NCBI GenBank assembly: GCA_030141605.1
Contig: JAQGDQ010000035.1
Location: 310,001-374,000 of the forward strand
Reading direction: 5' to 3'
Source: Tubiluchus corallicola
Taxonomy: Eukaryota; Animalia; Priapulida
DNA: 64,000 bases
Shown piece after piece: positions 59,121 through 64,000 of this stretch. Made by a program: the position numbers and the translations under genes. Every line of letters starts with the position of its first letter. Within the stretch, counting starts at the first letter, position 1. The notes beneath the pieces are model-generated. The model had not been told where the DNA came from and did no database searches. It saw only the letters and a program-made list of their open reading frames with translations.

Positions 59121-61017
59121 AAAAATATACAATACTAGATAAAATGAATATATACACTAAGACGTTGTAAAACAAACATGGCAAAATGTTTCGTTACCTG
59201 CTTCGTGACCAGCCCTATGGAACACAAAAAATCGCAATTCAAAATGCAATCATTCCCTTTCAATTTTTAAAAGAAGCCTCAGAAAAGAAATATTTCAAAA
59301 GAACTGACGAAAATTCTAACGCAACACAAATTGATAACGGTGGTCTTATGCATTTTGGTCCATTGTAATCTTAAAAATGAGTTTGTGTTAAACAGGACTC
59401 TGAACACATTTTATGATCACATTTTATCATTCATTCGCTACTCACCCCCCCCCCCCCCCCCCAACACACACACATGAATGTAGATATTTATCATTATCTT
59501 AGTTCATTATTCCATTTATTAATACTTTGTTTTTATGATTTCTATGTATAGATTGGCCTGTCAAGCTCTGCTTTTAGCTCAAACTGCATGCATCAAAATG
59601 ATTGTGTATATAACCACTAAAGACTCTACTTGCATTATCTAGACTGTATTGTATTTGTATTTTCTATTTGCATTTGTATTTACTTTACTGGATTATTATC
59701 TGTATTTTAGTGATGTCTTTGTGTGATACAGTATGGAAAGGAATTTTTTTTTTGAACTCTTGAACTCTTGATTTATCTCCATCGATTTTTTCCTCCCTTT
59801 TGTATGTTTAATGGTGTCTCTTCATAAGCACGGCTTTTTCCCACGCATAGTGTGTTTTGATTAAAAGTTGTGCAAAGAGTTGTACGTTGCAGTACGTTAC
59901 AAGACAGATGCACAAGTAAAAGTCTGAGCCCAGATTGCAATTTTTAGTTGCATGTATCTGCGCGCTCTCATATATTTTAGCCATTTACAGCTTTTGTAGT
60001 TTTTAATTGATCAAATTGATCTTCATGGCTTAAGACAGAAGTGACGAAAAATTAAAAAATCATTAATAAATACTAAAGAATTGTCTAATAATTTTTCTAT
60101 TGCTTCTAAGCGAAAAACGTTTCAAAATATTGCCAAAAGATAAGTGTTTTACAGCACTCTCATAAATCGCCAATATGCGTATTATTTCGCTAGTACTTTT
60201 GGTACAACTATTACTGTTTGGTAATACTAATAAATTATCTTTAGTGACACTAAAGTCATAAATTTTCCAAAACACAATGTAAATTATAAAGACTGAAATT
60301 GAAATTCCTAAATTCAGTTATTAGATTATTTTACCGGCTATGAAATTTGTTTTATATTAAAAATGTTAAAATTAGACCACTCGGACGGGGTTTTGCGTTC
60401 TGTGCTGAGCTTCATATTTGGTTTAATGCTCAGTTATCATTCTGCTGTTATACTTGCGATGTTGTGAATCTGGCCGGGGTTCAGGGTAGAGGAAACACCA
60501 TCGAAACATGAATTGTGTCAGATTCTTCCTGATGATTCGGAGTAAGGTATTCGCTATTTCTGTTGTGTAAATGATATGTCTTGCCTTCACAAGTGCATAG
60601 TGTTTTTGATTTAGGACTTGAGCAGTATGGAGTTACTGTATCTACATCAATGTTCCCTTGAAAGGTGAGTTTTTAATCTGAATTTTTACATTGATTTTTT
60701 GATTTAATTTATTTTAAAATTTCTTTCTGCACATAGAAAGTGCTATCAAAAGTTAAAGATTTACACTAAAAACTAAGGAACGATAAATAGCATGTACTAT
60801 TAAAAGCGGTACAAATGTAACGTAAATTAAAACTGTATATTACGAAAATCATGAATTTGTTTCATTTATTGTAACTACTTGCAGAGTTGTGTGAAAACAA
60901 ACGTATGTACACCTTCACAGAAGCTTGGCTCAAATGAATTCCTAAGCATATACAAAATTATTTTAACATTGTGAATTGGTGGATGTATGCTTAAAATTTA
61001 TATTTAATTATTTTATT

Positions 61018-62206
<1,189 letters not shown>

Positions 62207-62900
62207 CTAAAAAACACACAACCAGAAACATTGTACTATGTTTAATGGCTATTAAGAAATATGAAAAACAAAGAAAAATGATTAGTTAATACGAGTTGTG
62301 CACATTGAGACAGATTGATGTTGTGCTTTGTTACATTTATTACTCAATCAGAGGTTCTATTTCTTCAGCTTTCAAGCAAAAAATTGGGAACAGTTGCATA
62401 GAAAATGATCAAATGGAATCATTCTTAACCAATTTCTTTTAATCTCAAATTGTGATTTATCGGAAATATAGCTAAGTTAATCTTTGCAATGATTCGGCCA
62501 CTATTGCCACCTTTCCGTCTACTGCATGCCTGTGGCGCCATCTACTAAGTGATTGAAAAAGTCGATCAACAAAGAGAAAGCGAATGAATAAATTTGTAGA
62601 ATGTACCCGGTACTGTACAACTAATATGCTCGTAATAACTTAAGCTTTATCTCATCAAATTAATATACACAGTTTTATTAAGTTGTCTATACGCAACTTA
62701 ATTTATTAAATGATTGTCATGTTCATTCCCTGCAACAATCCAAAAACTGTATTCCGATAATTAATTAGAATTTTTCCGTATTATTATTATGAAAGTAATG
62801 TTAGGTCACATCCTGTATAAACAAAGGAAAAGGACCATGTAATTTAGTCAAAGTTTTGGGTAAACTGTCTTAATACTTGCCTTTGTGTAGAATTACGATC

Positions 62901-63108
62901 CAACGTCAGCCAGAATTATTTTTCAGATATCAGTAATAGTTAAAAAAATTCATCATGGGCGCTAAAACGCCCACGTTAGCTAGAATTACTTTGCAGATAT
63001 CAGTAATAGTTAAAAAATTCAACATGGGCGCTAAAACGCCAAGGTTAGCTAGAATTACTTTGTAGATATCAGTAATAGTTAAAAAATTCAACATGGGCGC
63101 TAAAACGC
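62901..63108. repeat. 69-70-bp tandem repeat x3
   Basis: YAGATATCAGTAATAGTTAAAAAATTCAACATGGGCGCTAAAACGC recurs at 62924, 62994 and 63063. Confidence 0.85.
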
Positions 63109-63689
63109 AAAGTAGATATAATATTTACGTCAGCAAACAAACGTTTTGAATGGCAAATGAACACCAAAGTTTTATGGGTTGAAAAACGTATTTTTGAATG
63201 TTGAGGAAAGTACTTTTGAGGAAAACGTTATATCTGAGAGACATTCTGTATAACCACCAAAATATTGTAATGTTGGGCGGATGGTGCTGATCTGCTAGCT
63301 CATTTCATGTCATAAAATATTTTTAAAGAATTGAAAGAAACAGATTATTTTTATAGAATAAAGTTGCGAGAGTCCTCTGTGTTCCACGCTAGCTTTACGG
63401 AACAGAACAGATGCTGGCCTGTTAAACACACCTGTCCGTCAACCAGTTGAACAGACGAGGTCATTCCATACCAGATACTTGCAGCTGCTATGCAACGCTA
63501 ATACGCAATGGCTTCGTAGTGGATCGAACCATCACAATGTGTGGGTGCGGGTGGAAATAAATAGCACTTCGCCGTATGTATAATCACTATTTGTCTTTAA
63601 TTATTAGTTTTGTAGAAGTGCATAGTGGGCAGTTTTATTACTTTCATTGACTGCTTCATCTCTTTAAAGCTTGAAGAACAAAATTTAAT

Positions 63690-64000
63690 ATGATTATTCA
63701 TAATTTTGGAAAATGCTCTAGAGGAATTAGAAATTTAGTTTTCAAAACCTATTGCACTTCTGTCTATGGCGTATCCATGTGGAGAAATTTCTTTATCTAT
63801 AATTGAGGAAATCTTAAAATTACTTGCAATAAATGTATTATAATAGAAAGCTATTCTCACTTCAGTATGACTGCAGCGCTAGACAAATGTGTTTAGATTA
63901 CGACATCTCTTACTCTGATGTCATAGTTAGACGATCAGCTTACTCTCTATTTGTTAGGCTATAAAATTCACAAAACTTTTATGTGAAATGTATTTTCAAC
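63690..64000 (+). mobile_element. 3' fragment of an RTE-X-like LINE
   Basis: RNLVFKTYCTSVYGVSMW..LKITCNKCI resembles the LF..YC...YG..LW C-terminal block, related to the 41666-43115 element. Confidence 0.45.

Noticed and set aside
60370-60670. Moderately GC-rich stretch with a ~57-codon open frame on the minus strand and a plus-strand GTGAGT donor
   Set aside because: No recognisable homology or partner exons. It lies downstream of the SULT stop and is probably UTR or TE debris.
62901-63108. Possible CRISPR array
   Set aside because: The inter-repeat segments are themselves near-identical, so this is a simple tandem repeat.

Overview
AT-rich, intron-rich animal (invertebrate-like) nuclear DNA, not prokaryotic. 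Genes were rebuilt by reading splice sites by eye. (1) DRC3/LRRC48 (+, 11 coding exons, 4444-16746, 527 aa) contains a clear minor-spliceosome AT-AC intron (12318-13145). (2) ATPAF2/ATP12 (-, 8 exons, 17159-25272, 278 aa) lies tail-to-tail with DRC3, as in vertebrates. (3) An intact single-coding-exon ADAT3 (-, 23258-24364) is nested on the same strand inside ATPAF2 intron 1 and apparently depends on the ATPAF2 promoter/first exon, with a uORF layout that could decide which protein is made. (4) A 17-exon GABA-B-like class C GPCR (-, 28502-53067, 812 aa) has altered amine-binding residues. (5) The last three exons of a cytosolic sulfotransferase (-, 61018-62206) are present. The rest is decayed LINEs (CR1, L2/Crack, RTE/RTE-X-like and one near full-length element with an MMDD RT motif), MITE/foldback elements, a mariner remnant, tRNA-SINE heads and microsatellites. 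Most short ORFs in the supplied track are spurious or are single exons. Gene names come from my recollection of the homologous protein sequences; no database search was run.
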